A stretch of 63,487 nucleotides of DNA, counting the filler, from Octopus bimaculoides (lineage: Eukaryota), in assembly GCF_001194135.2 (NCBI RefSeq). It is 5 parts of 4 records of this genome, joined end to end, with 100 filler letters (N's around TTAATTAATTAA, not from the genome) between each part and the next. Parts side by side here need not be neighbours in the genome. Positions count along the whole stretch, not along the records: positions 20,898 to 32,561 come from NC_068990.1; positions 32,662 to 61,137 come from NC_068982.1; 3 more parts are not named here. One strand, written 5' to 3'. Both the position numbers and the translations under genes were made by a program. Below the pieces are notes generated by a model. The model ran no database searches. It was not told the DNA's origin and saw only the letters and a list, made by a program, of their open reading frames with translations. Below are positions 23,862-37,626 of the stretch, one piece after another (the first letter of the stretch is position 1; each line of letters opens with the position of its first letter).

Positions 23862-23937
<76 letters not shown>

Positions 23938-23948
23938 GACGGGTTTCT
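23690..23948 (-). mobile_element. SINE family B partial copy with expanded internal (CA)n(TA)n
   Basis: Homologous to 27545-27790. Runs into an N gap. Confidence 0.8.
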
Positions 23949-25244
23949 NNNNNNNNNNNNNNNNNNNNNNNNNNNNNNNNNNNNNNNNNNNNNNNNNNNN
24001 NNNNNNNNNNNNNNNNNNNNNNNNNNNNNNNNNNNNNNNNNNNNNNNNNNNNNNNNNNNNNNNNNNNNNNNNNNNNNNNNNNNNNNNNNNNNNNNNNNNN
24101 NNNNNNNNNNNNNNNNNNNNNNNNNNNNNNNNNNNNNNNNNNNNNNNNNNNNNNNNNNNNNNNNNNNNNNNNNNNNNNNNNNNNNNNNNNNNNNNNNNNN
24201 NNNNNNNNNNNNNNNNNNNNNNNNNNNNNNNNNNNNNNNNNNNNNNNNNNNNNNNNNNNNNNNNNNNNNNNNNNNNNNNNNNNNNNNNNNNNNNNNNNNN
24301 NNNNNNNNNNNNNNNNNNNNNNNNNNNNNNNNNNNNNNNNNNNNNNNNNNNNNNNNNNNNNNNNNNNNNNNNNNNNNNNNNNNNNNNNNNNNNNNNNNNN
24401 NNNNNNNNNNNNNNNNNNNNNNNNNNNNNNNNNNNNNNNNNNNNNNNNNNNNNNNNNNNNNNNNNNNNNNNNNNNNNNNNNNNNNNNNNNNNNNNNNNNN
24501 NNNNNNNNNNNNNNNNNNNNNNNNNNNTTTGCCCTTCCCAACAACATATTCAGTGAAATGCATCTCTAATGCTTTGGTACATATATTGAGCAAAAATCGA
24601 GGAAGTCTCATGACTTATGAGCGAAACTAACTGGATTTGTTTCTCGGAATTTTAGTTTAGATTTTCTGCACACCGTCAACCAAAACGACAATGAAATCAA
24701 ATGAAGGATGTGTGTTGCGAAGTTTTCATTAAATATCCTTTTGCCTAAAATCGTTTGCCCATCCAAAGCATCCTCATAAGTTTGGCAAATGGTCTATGCT
24801 TGTTTTTAGACCTTTAGTTAGCTCTTGTTTGATACGTCATGAATTATATAAAGCTTTCTTTTGAATTATATAAAGCTTTCTGTCCCAGGTTATTCTGGAG
24901 GTTAAAACGAATGAGGGATGTGTATCATACCTGGTGGTGCGTGGAAGATTGGCAAAATTGTTAGCATGTCGGCGAAAATCTCACCTGCCTAGAGAAAGCA
25001 ACGGGAAAAAACTCCAGTATTTATCCTAAATCTAGCGGTGGATAGTCGTAGTTCCAGAAAGCTACTTAACGGCGGTGTGGAGGAGAATACGGGCTTTCAT
25101 AAGTCCTGATGGTTCACGTGCACAGGACCTGCTTAAGGGTAGACCACCTAGACCACCTCTAGCTCATATATGATGCTGGGACGCCTGAAAAGTATACCCT
25201 GTGTATCATATGTAATACACAGATTTTAGGCGGCAAGACGGAAG

Positions 25245-26690
25245 AACCATTAGCGTGCTTGAGAAATGCGTTGCGGCACTTTTACCGGCTCTTTACTTCT
25301 GAGTTCAAATGCCGCCGAGAGCAACTTTGCCTTTCATCCTTTCTAGATCGATAAAATAAGTACCAGTCATATATTCGGATCGATGCAAGCGGCTNNNNNN
25401 NNNNNNNNNNNNNNNNNNNNNNNNNNNNNNNNNNNNNNNNNNNNNNNNNNNNNNNNNNNNNNNNNNNNNNNNNNNNNNNNNNNNNNNNNNNNNNNNNNNN
25501 NNNNNNNNNNNNNNNNNNNNNNNNNNNNNNNNNNNNNNNNNNNNNNNNNNNNNNNNNNNNNNNNNNNNNNNNNNNNNNNNNNNNNNNNNNNNNNNNNNNN
25601 NNNNNNNNNNNNNNNNNNNNNNNNNNNNNNNNNNNNNNNNNNNNNNNNNNNNNNNNNNNNNNNNNNNNNNNNNNNNNNNNNNNNNNNNNNNNNNNNNNNN
25701 NNNNNNNNNNNNNNNNNNNNNNNNNNNNNNNNNNNNNNNNNNNNNNNNNNNNNNNNNNNNNNNNNNNNNNNNNNNNNNNNNNNNNNNNNNNNNNNNNNNN
25801 NNNNNNNNNNNNNNNNNNNNNNNNNNNNNNNNNNNNNNNNNNNNNNNNNNNNNNNNNNNNNNNNNNNNNNNNNNNNNNNNNNNNNNNNNNNNNNNNNNNN
25901 NNNNNNNNNNNNNNNNNNNNNNNNNNNNNNNNNNNNNNNNNNNNNNNNNNNNNNNNNNNNNNNNNNNNNNNNNNNNNNNNNNNNNNNNNNNNNNNNNNNN
26001 NNNNNNNNNNNNNNNNNNNNNNNNNNNNNNNNNNNNNNNNNNNNNNNNNNNNNNNNNNNNNNNNNNNNNNNNNNNNNNNNNNNNNNNNNNNNNNNNNNNN
26101 NNNNNNNNNNNNNNNNNNNNNNNNNNNNNNNNNNNNNNNNNNNNNNNNNNNNNNNNNNNNNNNNNNNNNNNNNNNNNNNNNNNNNNNNNNNNNNNNNNNN
26201 NNNNNNNNNNNNNNNNNNNNNNNNNNNNNNNNNNNNNNNNNNNNNNNNNNNNNNNNNNNNNNNNNNNNNNNNNNNNNNNNNNNNGTGGCATTTTTTCCTG
26301 CTATTTACATTCTGAATTGAAATCCCACCGAGGATGACTTTGCTTTTATTTTCTAGGGAGTTGAAAAAATAAATGCCAGTAGAGTACGGGGGTCGATGTA
26401 ATTCATTAGCATTTTCCCCCACTAACATATCAAGCCTTGTGCCTATAGTAGAAAGGATTGTTATTATCATTTGGACGGTGAGATGGCTGAATCATTAGTG
26501 CTTCGGACAAAAATTCTTAGCAGCATTTCTTCTGTCTCTTTGCGCGCTGAGTTCAAATCCCGCTGAGTATGACTTTGCTTTTTTAAACCTCGAGGTCAAT
26601 AAAACAAGGAGTACCTAAATACTACTCGATGTAAATTACCAACCCCGGCCTCTTCCAACATACCAGGCATTGTACCAAATTCGGAAGGGA
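25245..26690 (+). mobile_element. Cluster of three SINE family A-related copies around a gap (about 25245, 26300, 26476)
   Basis: Repeated gagttcaaat..ccgag..gactttgc..ttcatcc..aagtacc modules. Confidence 0.7.
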
Positions 26691-27391
26691 TTATTTCAAA
26701 GAAAAACATTCGATAAACGAACATAAAATCAGTTTACTTTCATCATAGAATTCATTTAAACTTAATAAACCTTAGAAAAATAATTCGATATCATTCCATG
26801 GGCGACAACAATCCGTTATAGACTGTGAAATACGCAACTTATCAACAAATTGAAGAATTTCTTTGAGACGGATGCGAAAGAAATCTAATCAAGCAAAAGC
26901 GAATCCTAAGCGCTTCGCTTAATCCCGTTTGTTCGCTCAGCTATTCATTCTGTCAGCGTTGTTTTCTTTACCAATTTGTACATAGCGTGTTGTTGAAGTA
27001 AAACCAGCAGATCAGACATACTTAGCTTGAATAAAACTTCGTACACAGACGTATGCAATTGCAAATGAACGTAGGTATGCACGCAAATACATGCATACAT
27101 ACATACATACATACATACATACATACCATGCATGTTTGACTTGACTAAGACTTCATATACTTGCATATGCACGCGTTGATACGCACACAAACTATAAATA
27201 CATACATGCACACATGCATTCATACAAATATACATACATACGCATATATGGATGCATACATATGCAAAAAGATATAGATAAGCATGTAGATATTCATACA
27301 CGCACACACACACACACACATACACACACACAGAGACATACACACATAACAATAAATGAACAGGCAAAATAAAAAAATTGGTATCACTTCA

Positions 27392-27504
<113 letters not shown>

Positions 27505-27544
27505 TCTGTATATATATATATACTCTTTTACGCTCTCTTTTACA

Positions 27545-27900
27545 CTTGTACTTGTTTCAGTCATTTGACTGCGGCCATGCTAGAGCACTGCCTTTAGTCG
27601 AGCAAATCGACCCCAGGAGTTATTCTTTGTAAGCCTAGTACTTATTCTATCGGTCTCTTATGCCGAATCGCTAAGTTAGGGGGGCGTAAACACACCACCA
27701 TCGGTTGTTAAGCGATGCTGGGGGGACAGACACAGACACACAAACATATATATATACATATATACGTCGGGATTCTTTCAGTTACCGTCTACAAAATCCA
27801 CTCACAAGGCTTTGGTCGGCCCGAGACTATAGTAGAAGACACTTGCCGAAGGTGCCACGCAGTGGGAATCAACCGGGAACCATGTGGTTGGTATGCTACA
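27545..27900 (-). mobile_element. SINE family B, near full length
   Basis: Reverse complement reads: ggttcccggttgattcccactgcgtggcacc head, internal (TA/TG) tract, and a 3' tail ending gactgaaacaagta. Confidence 0.85.
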
Positions 27901-27915
27901 AACAAACACACACAG

Positions 27916-27948
<33 letters not shown>

Positions 27949-28058
27949 AGCAAACACAAACACACGCACATACATGCACATAACGTAATAACCTCCGACA
28001 GCATTTCGCTTCTGATTGAGCCAGTTGCTTATGTAACATCATCTACGTGTACAAACTA

Positions 28059-28323
28059 TTAGGTTGTCAGATAAATTCGTTCGTCTTTTTTGCTTCCATT
28101 TTTTTTCTCTGTATCTGAATCCTTTTCAATGTTAATTTGAATTAGTACCCTTCACCCCCACCCCCTACACACAAGAAATGCTTTCACAGAGTTTAATTTT
28201 TTTTTTGTAGTACTATTCTTCTAGAAATTTTGTTTATCGTTTTTTTTTTCTTGACACATTTGAGTATGGAATGCTCAGTAAGACAAAAGGAAAAAGATTA
28301 CATGAATTTATCTGACAATTCAA
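28059..28323. mobile_element. Tc1/mariner-type MITE
   Basis: TA-flanked inverted repeats ttaggttgtcagataaattcg and (reverse complement) ttgaattgtcagataaattca. Confidence 0.7.
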
Positions 28324-28669
28324 TATGCTAAGTTGATGAGTTTGGAATGCTTGTTAGTACATATTGAAAGGTAGCTTGTTAGGGTAGCAGCCAAATCTCC
28401 CTCATGTTGAGATACGAAGAAAATTTGGTTGCTACTTTTATAAGAGGGTAAATAATAGAACATTCGAGAAAGCCATATCACACCACAGCTTCACGCTGAT
28501 TAGTCGATTTTAGATCAATCTCGTGAAACTGTTATAGCTCACGCGTGGTGGCTAACCGAGTACCTAGACGTTTGAATCCCTGCTACAATACAAAGACATA
28601 ATCGATAATAAAGTCATTGATATAAATTAAGACCAGAATTATCACAAATGTAATCGATTATAAGCTTGA

Positions 28670-28898
28670 TCATCGTTGTCAAGCGATGTTGGGGGGACAA
28701 ACACAGACACACAAACATATATATATACATATATACGACAGGCTTCTTTCAGTTGCCATCTACCAAATCCACTCACAAGGCTTTGGTCGGCCTGAGGCTA
28801 TAGTAAAAGACAGTTGCCCTAGGTGCCACGCAGTGGGACTGAACCCAGAACCATATTGTTGGTAAGCAAGCTACCTACCACACAGCCACTCCTGCGCC
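28670..28898 (-). mobile_element. SINE family B 5' half with intact tRNA head
   Basis: Reverse complement reads ggcgcaggagtggctgtgtggtaggtagc...gggttcagtcccactgcgtggcacc (A and B boxes). Confidence 0.85.
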
Positions 28899-29033
28899 TA
28901 TAATTATAATAAGTTTCATAAATTCTACAGTTCTTACTAAATTTCTGAGCTTCATCCTATCCAACGCCTAAATCTGAACAAGAGAAATATAGTTAAATAT
29001 TTTTTAACACAGGAATATAACACGACACATATA

Positions 29034-29047
29034 GTTGCCATGTCAAC
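29034..29047. promoter_or_regulatory. RFX X-box-like palindrome
   Basis: GTTGCCATGTCAAC matches the consensus GTTGCCATGGCAAC at 13 of 14 positions, in apparently unique sequence. Confidence 0.45.
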
Positions 29048-30599
29048 GAGATAACTGGAAAATCGGCGAAGCTGTATCCAAATGATTAATTAGAATTCGC
29101 ATGCTGCTTCTACTAATCACGCTGAGTTTATATTTTGTTCAGTTCATGAAAGAATGCCAGCCTGTCTACTCGAATGAATGAACGTTTCCTAAGCTCCGTA
29201 CACATGGCAGTTTTCGTTAGAGAAAGAAGTTGCCTTCAGACACGTACGTATGTATAATCTGCGTTATTGAAAAGCTATTTCTGTTGTTTCCGGGAAGAAA
29301 AAGAAGCTTAGTTTCCTATCTTAGCAATGATCTATCTACATATCTCATTCACATGTTATTATCGCCGATCTATTTCAGTTCGAATGAGAACAGTTCAATT
29401 TATTTTAAATTTAATTCAATTTTGGTTCGATTCGAATGAATTCTATTTTTAGATAAAGAAAATAAATGNNNNNNNNNNNNNNNNNNNNNNNNNNNNNNNN
29501 NNNNNNNNNNNNNNNNNNNNNNNNNNNNNNNNNNNNNNNNNNNNNNNNNNNNNNNNNNNNNNNNNNNNNNNNNNNNNNNNNNNNNNNNNNNNNNNNNNNN
29601 NNNNNNNNNNNNNNNNNNNNNNNNNNNNNNNNNNNNNNNNNNNNNNNNNGGGGTGGGGTGATGATGGGGGTGGGGGTGATGATTGTGGTAATAGTAGTGG
29701 TGATCGTGGTGGTGGTGATGGTAATGATACTGATGTTGAAGTAGTAATGATGATGGTGATGGATCTCCGTCGTTAGACGATGAGGATTCAGTTGATCGAT
29801 CAACTGAATAACCTAGTCTTAGATTAACATCTCAGTGATCGAGTATTCCACAGACATGCGTATCAGCGGGACACCTTGTGTGTTAAGGTTGAACTCACGA
29901 ATTACAGGTACGAAACATATAAGATGTTTCAAGAATTCATGTGTTGTCTTTGCACAGCAGCCATGGCCATCTCCTTTGTGCCGTTCCAATTTCTAATTTA
30001 GGCACAAAGCCAGCAATTTCGAGAGTTGGGGGTTCAATCGACACTATTGGCTCTGCTAATTCACTGATACTTTATTCTATCGAATCTGACAGGATGAAAG
30101 ACATCTCGGGATTTGAACTCAGAAGATAGAGACCCGGGATGTATTTTTCCGACGCCTAAACGATTCTCCCAAATAATCCTTTCTCTCGTGTGTACAAGGC
30201 TTGAAATTTCAGGGGAAAGAACTTGTTGGTTACATCGACCCCAGTGCTCAGATGATAATAATAATAATGATGATGGTTTTATTTATTTGAGAAGAATATT
30301 TTCGTGTTCAGAAAATTCACCTCAGGAAACATGGGTGTTCCTTAAACAACCCTTATTCAAAGACAGTTTGAGCGGGATGGGCTACTTAGCCTAAAGAAAA
30401 TTCTAACTGGGCCTTACCTGCGAGGTCATGCGCTGTTTATCTTGATATGAGATCACTATGTCGCACACATGTGGTTGTAATGCTTGTACCTGGTGTACCC
30501 TTATCATGATGGATATATTGGGTTTTGTATATTTTACCCCAATGTCACTTTGATGGCATGCACTGCGCTCTCACTCAATAATAATAATAATCCTTTCTA

Positions 30600-30800
30600 T
30601 TAAAGGCATAAGGCCTGAAATGTGGTATAAGGGATTAAGCCGATTACATTGACCCCAGTGTTTCACTGGTACTCAATTTATCGACCCAGAAAGGATGAAA
30701 GGCACAGTCGACCTCGGTGGAATTTGAACTCAGAACGTAGCGACGGGTGAAAAACCGCTAAGCTTTTCGTCCAGCGTGCTAACGATTTCGCCAGCTCGCC
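30600..30800 (-). mobile_element. SINE family A-related copy
   Basis: Reverse complement reads ggcgagctggcgaaatcgttagcacgctggacgaaaagcttagcgg...gagttcaaattccaccgaggtcgac. Confidence 0.8.
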
Positions 30801-31098
30801 GAATATTGACCTAACTGAACAGGTATGAATGTAATAGTACAGGATGCAAAGATGAATCATTTCATCAAAGCATGTGGCAAATGTAGAATTTTCTATATTT
30901 TTAAAGTGTAGTCGACTTTTTCGAACATCAGCTGCTACCGCCATTGTTTAATTTATCTTTTAATTAATACAGCAATTAGTTGTTGTAAAACATCAGGCCA
31001 ATCCAGGTCGAAGAAAGCACTGAAGAAGTGTCTTGGCTTTCATTTATTGAATTGTAGAATAATTATAATTCCATTGAACAATACGCATCTACAATGTA

Positions 31099-31229
<131 letters not shown>

Positions 31230-31390
31230 ATATTGCGTGTATCGTGTCTGTCTAAAATTCCAGTTCATTACGTTTCCATCTAGCTTCCCATATTCTCTTT
31301 GTAATGATCTTTCAGTTTAACCCTAACATATATATATATACATATACAACACGCACACACACTCAAACACACATACACACACACACACAA

Positions 31391-31403
31391 ATAGATAGAT
31401 AGG

Positions 31404-31470
<67 letters not shown>
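31391..31470 (+). repeat. (GATA)n microsatellite
   Basis: Direct read. Confidence 0.95.
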
Positions 31471-31472
<2 letters not shown>

Positions 31473-32312
31473 TGATTGATTGATAGCTTGATAGAGAACT
31501 AAATAGATAGCTATATTAGATATATATAGATGTACATAAATATATATATATATATTATGTATGGATGTATGTGCGTATATATGAATGTATGAATAATTAT
31601 AGATATACATATATGATGGTTGTACTTTCGTGACTGAGAAAGACTATCGCTGACCATTAAGAACAGTATGCGCTCAGTCAAATTTATACTTTACACTTGC
31701 GGCTCAGCTTGTGACTAATTTGCTCTACTCTTGACACACACACACGCGTCCGCAGATATTGCAGGACCAAACTTTATCCGTTCACTACACTGGTGGTGTG
31801 TCTTAGGGTAGCTTGCTTGAATGCTGCATGAAAATTGCGTGTCTTTTCGGAAATACCCATTTCTTTCCTGTTTCCTCTATTGGTGGTGACGACAAGCATT
31901 GCTTTCTCATATTTCACATGCTTTCGACAAAGACTTTGCCCAATCCTTTAATTGTAAATCTTGGTTTATATTAGGGGCGCTTTCTAGAAACAAGCTCGCC
32001 ATATATCTGCTGCTTAGGGATCCTCTGATCATACATACATACATACATACATGTATGTATGCATATATATATCTAAATAATAAGGGTGAAAAATTGAATA
32101 AGTAATTACGTAAGTAGTTGACAACGAAACCGGTCTATGATTAATTCTTTATATTTTGTATCTTTTCATTTGTCTTGCTCGCATACGTTCCGGTGTTTGC
32201 TGAATTTTCTTGAGAACAATCTTTTCTTAGTGGTCAGACCATATGTGGTCTACTTCTAGCAAAATAGATGTCCACTTAGTGGTCATCCCTCTTATAAGTA
32301 TATTATATATAT

Positions 32313-32343
<31 letters not shown>

Positions 32344-32524
32344 ATCGGTCGGCATCTTTCGGACAATTATGGTCCCTGTTAGTGTATATATTTTCATTCA
32401 TGTGCATTAACTACGGCATTAGTGCATTTTAGCTCTTATTTCTAGCAATGTAGGTATTTTTTAACACTCTACTCACATTTCGTGACAATTATAACTCTCC
32501 TTTTCGGTGAAACATTGCAGCCTG

Positions 32525-32561
<37 letters not shown>

Positions 32562-32661
32562 NNNNNNNNNNNNNNNNNNNNNNNNNNNNNNNNNNNNNNN
32601 NNNNNTTAATTAATTAANNNNNNNNNNNNNNNNNNNNNNNNNNNNNNNNNNNNNNNNNNNN

Positions 32662-33000
32662 ATGTCAACGAAAGCCAGGTACAGAGGTTTATCCTTAGCT
32701 AGGTATTTCTCCTGCAGCTGTCTCACTAGAAATAAGGCATCAGTAGTGCTTTTACCTGGCACGAACCCAAACTGCATCTCATCTAAATTGATTCGCTCCC
32801 TAATTAGTTGGGCTATGACCCTCTCTGTAACTTTCATAACCTGATCTAACAGCTTGATGCCTCTGTAATTATTTGTATCTAAAGCGTCACCTTTACCTTT
32901 GTAGCAGTTGACTATGATGCTGCTACACCAGTCATTGGGTATGACTCCTTCGTGTATCACCTGGTTCGTAATACGGGTGACTAGGCTATAGCCAACACTG
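32662..33000 (-). mobile_element. RTE-clade LINE RT fragment
   Basis: IPNDWCSSIIVNCYKGKGDALDTNNYRGIKLL...QFGFVPGKSTTDALFLVRQLQEKY...LYLAFVD. Confidence 0.88.
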
Positions 33001-33002
33001 CC

Positions 33003-35525
33003 ATGAAAACAGCCACTTATGTTTATATTGCAGGGGATTTCAATTTCCCTGAGATTGACTGGGAGGCCTTCCGTTGGCCACAAAGTGCAGATGATTTCCT
33101 TGAGCTAGTGCTGAATTCAAATTGGTCCCAATTCGTTACCTCCCACACAAGAGATAACAACACTTTGGATCTGCTGTTTACCACTTCTCCTGAAACAATC
33201 ATTAGTGTCACTACTGAAGAACCTTTAGGTGACTTTGATCATTCCATGATCATGGCCAACTTGTCTCTGATTGGTTGTAACAAAAACCATCTTCAAACTG
33301 CCCGCTTTGACTGGAACTTATTGTACTGTGCTGCGACGCCCAAACTGGCTCAAATTTTATGTCTATGGAGATGTGAACACTATACTTCAGAACATTCTGA
33401 ATTCAATGTGGACGGCATGTGCAGCATCGGTACCATGCAAGCACGAAAAACCACCCAATAGTGCAATTTAGGAGACTGCAACAGTCCAACTTGCCAGGAA
33501 AGAACACCATAATGTTGAACAGGAATACAAAATGTACAAATCAGAGATCAACAAGAAAAAGCGCAATAGATCATCCAACCATCTCAAGCAGGTGACAGAA
33601 AAGGCAGTGCTTGAATTCGAACAGCGCATAGCAACCAACCCTGACAGCAAAGTGTTCTGGAAGTATGTACATTCAAAGCAGAAGCCTCACTCGCCAGTTG
33701 GTCCCCTTCACAATCCCCATACAGGCCATATTACTGACAATCCCAAAGAATGTGCAGAAATTATTGCTGGATGCTATGCAGGCATCTTTACTGTCGAAAA
33801 TAAAAATGTTCCATATCTATCACCTCTGACACCGGACTCTATAACTACTATGAAATTTACACCAGCAATGCTACAATGCCACCTTAAGAATAAATGCAAC
33901 TATGCCTCACTTGGTCTCAATGGTGTTACATACCTACTTCTCAAACACGGTGGGTACTTTCTTCTAAACCAACTTTCACTATTCTTTCAATTGTGTCTTG
34001 ACAATAGTGTTATTCCAGAACAGTGGAAAACTGCCAGTGTTATTCTTCTGTTCAAAAAAGGTGACCGCACATTGCTTGTCAACTATCACCCTGTCAGTCT
34101 TACTAGCTGTATTGCCAAACTGATGGAATCCTGTGTCAGAGAAACCCTCTGGCACTTCTGGAAGTCTCACAGCCTCATCCAGCTGTCGCAATTTGGATTT
34201 ATTCCTAACTCCAGCTGCTGTAATCAACTCATCGAGTTTCTTGAGGACATTACCTGAATCACTGATGGCAACTCCTGGGTGGATGTTGTTTACCTGGACT
34301 TTGCTAAGGCTTTTAATTCTGTGCCATACAAAAGACTTATGGTGAAACTCTTTGCAATGGGTGTAAGAGATGATCTCTATAACTGGTTTCAGTCCTTCAT
34401 TATCGGCTGAAAAGAGGTTGTCACAGTTCTAGGACAGCACTCTTCATCCTATGGGATGACATCTGGTGTACTACAGATCCCTGTTCTTGGCCCCCTTTTA
34501 TTTGTTGCATATATTAATGACATAGATGCCAACTTAAAGAATGCCACAGTGCTGAAATATGCAGATGACATCAAGCTGTACCTCAAAATAAAGAGGACAG
34601 ATCCTGTACACTATAGATCTTTATTGCAATCAGACCTGGCCACAATGTAGCAATGGATCATGGACTAGCAACTCAAACTGGCTGTGGACAAATGTACCAC
34701 CATGCATTTTGGGAGGAAAACCCCAGCGTCTACTTACATCCTCCACAACACTAATCTCAAAAAGTCTTCTTGTGAATGTGACCTGAGCATTATTGTTGAC
34801 AGCGATTTGCATTGTACAAAACACATTGCTAAAATTACCAAGAAGGCTGAGGGTGTCCTGGCATCACTTATCAAGTCCTTTGTGAGCCACTCTCTGGCTA
34901 TCTATCTGAGGCTTTATATACCTATGGTGCGGCCTCACCTTGAATCTGCATCACCAGTCTGGAACCCCTATCTTGCCCAGGATATTAATTGCCTGGAAAC
35001 CGTTCAGCGAAGTGCAACCAAGAGAAAACCCTCCATCAGGCATTTGCCATATTCTGAACACCTTACTTCCCTGGGCATGGATACATTGAAACTCTGACGT
35101 CTGGCAACTGACTTGGCAGACACCCATAAAATTATTAACCATCTTACTAACAATAGCTCTGAGTGCCTTTTCAAACTCCACCTGTCTAACACCCGTGGGC
35201 ATGTTTACAAAGTCAGAAAACAGCACAGCTCCCATGACTTTCGGAAACATTTTTTCATGCTAAGAGTTACTGAAGTATGGAACAAACTGCCAGCATCAGT
35301 TGTTAGTTGTCAGAGCACTGCACCCTTTAAAACTTCCATGCTTCCTGAGATTCACCAACACTACACCTGATTTTCTGCCCTCCATACACACACAAGCATG
35401 TATCTGACACAAACACTGTTTACTTTCCAGACATTTGTACAATACTGCATATGCTTTATATGCACTTTTGACAAGTTGTTGTACACCTGAGCACTGTATA
35501 CAATAATTTCATTATTATTTTTATA
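33003..35525 (+). mobile_element. CR1-clade LINE, 5'-truncated ORF2 with stops and frameshifts
   Basis: APE end GDFNFPEIDW; RT motifs NYHPVSLTSCIAKLME, YLDFAKAF, VLGPLLFVAYIND, YADDIKL; C-terminal VRPHLESASPVWNPY and TRGHVYK; 3' UTR ending in an (att)n tail. Confidence 0.92.
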
Positions 35526-35555
35526 TGAGAAGGACAGATACCGAACAGTATAGAT

Positions 35556-35790
35556 CTTTCCTGCAATCGGACATTGACACAATGCAACAATGAATCATGA
35601 ACTGAAGCTGTGGACAAGTGTACCATGCATTTTGGGAAGAAAAACCCAGCATCCACACGCTCTCTCCACAACACTAATATCAAGAAGTCTTCTTGTGAAT
35701 GAGACCTGGGCATTACTGTCAGCAACGATTTGCACTGGACATGGCACATCTCTAAAGTTGTCAAGAAGGCCCAGACATGAATGTGTCTGT
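35556..35790 (+). mobile_element. Second CR1 fragment
   Basis: Diverged repeat of about 34660-34850 (ctgtggacaagtgtaccatgcattttgggaagaaaaacccagc). Confidence 0.75.
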
Positions 35791-36479
35791 GGCTTATGAT
35801 TGGTGAAAATTACCCAAAATTTGTAAACTTTAAAAAGATTTATTGCGAAAATAAATTTCAAAGCAATGATTAGCATATAAAACTATATCATTACACCAAA
35901 TATGAAATCAATTCAAGTAGGAATTGAAGAGACTGAAAATTGGCAGCCAAACAGAAAATATCCCAATTCTTTTCAAATAGTCATATATCAGACACTACAA
36001 TAGCATGTTGTGAGAGAAAAAAAAAAGGAAAGGAAAAAAAGCATCAATGCCACACTTAAGTGCTTCAATTGGTCACACACAAGGTTCAACGGAACCTAGT
36101 ATAGAGAGAAATAGATTGATGGTGATAGAGAGTTGTCAATTTAAAAGTGAGTTATTTCTCATAGCAAATTGTTTTTTCTTCTTCACTATTATTTACAGAT
36201 TACCTTCTCTTTGAGATGCAAATTCAAATTCATTTTTGTCAAGGACACAGTTTCAGAGTCTTTCAGGGGTCATTAATATGTATATAACCACATACACTCA
36301 AATATATATATATGTGTGTGTGTGTTTGTGTGTGGAGAGAAAGAGTAAAATAGCTAGTTGTAAAATCTCAATAAGAGATGAGAGTAGTAACTATATTAAC
36401 AAGTAAAGTTAATCACCACATCAATGTGGTTGTTCCATGTTACTACTAGTTTAACCCCAGATCTGTCTCGAACATTATC

Positions 36480-36720
36480 ACCGGTCTATTTGAGCATATA
36501 AATGACAAACTTAGCTGGTGCAAAATGAGTAAGACACGATATGGTAAATTTGCCTCTGCAATTCTTCAGAATCACACTGTAAAAGACCCATATGAATCAG
36601 TATCCATTCTTGGGCATCAGAAGTGCAGCAAAAATTAAAATATCTAAGTTTACTGGAAAATGGCACATGATTTGAAATTAACAAAACCCGACTAAACCTA
36701 AAAGCTCAACGTGAAATATT
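36480..36720 (+). mobile_element. Possible degenerate PLE endonuclease C-terminus
   Basis: Frameshifted SAILQNHT...SILGH...KLKYLSLLE...KPxLNLK pattern. Confidence 0.3.
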
Positions 36721-37510
36721 CCGCGACCTGCTTGCTTAGGTCTCTTTTTGATGTATTTACGCACCATACCGTTGAAGAGAAGAAATTATGGAAATTAGTC
36801 ATTACTTATTTTGCTTCAATTTAGACTTTTTTTTTAATGAAAATTATCAAATTAAAGATTAGTGTAGGAAAAAAATTGATTTGGAATCGAATAGAGAAAA
36901 AAATATTGACTGTTAAACATCAAAAATTATCCAGATATATTAACATCAATCACAATTGGGTCAAAGTTTGATTGAATATCATAGTACCGGCTGCACAACA
37001 ACTTATGGTAATCTTCCAGTATAGGGAAATAACAGTCAAACTAAAGCGTTTGACCCGAGCTCAAAAATAAAAAAATAAATTAGTGTAATAGGTGTAAAAC
37101 AACTTGCTGTGAACGAATATGAAGAATGCGCGCTCGCGAACGGGTGGGGTGAGGAGAGTACGGATAATACTAGTAAGACGTTAAGTTATTTCCCTTGTAT
37201 TCTTATTTACTTTTTTTTACCTCCCGAAACTGGAAGATTNNNNNNNNNNNNNNNNNNNNNNNNNNNNNNNNNNNNNNNNNNNNNNNNNNNNNNNNNNNNN
37301 NNNNNNNNNNNNNNNNNNNNNNNNNNNNNNNNNNNNNNNNNNNNNNNNNNNNNNNNNNNNNNNNNNNNNNNNNNNNNNNNNNNNNNNNNNNNNNNNNNNN
37401 NNNNNNNNNNNNNNNNNNNNNNNNNNNNNNNNNNNNNNNNNNNNNNNNNNNNNNNNNNNNNNNNNNNNNNNNNNNNNNNNNNNNNNNNNNNNNNNNNNNN
37501 NNNNNNNNNA

Positions 37511-37550
<40 letters not shown>

Positions 37551-37626
37551 CGGCAGTGTCCTAGCATAACCAAAAACTTTAAAAAGAGATTAAAGATTTA
37601 CACACACGTATCTCTGTATATATATA

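Noticed and set aside
23808-26470. Long ORFs of 235-367 aa
   Set aside because: Almost entirely N runs. The same applies to 37109-37573, 47679-48204 and 58639-59609.
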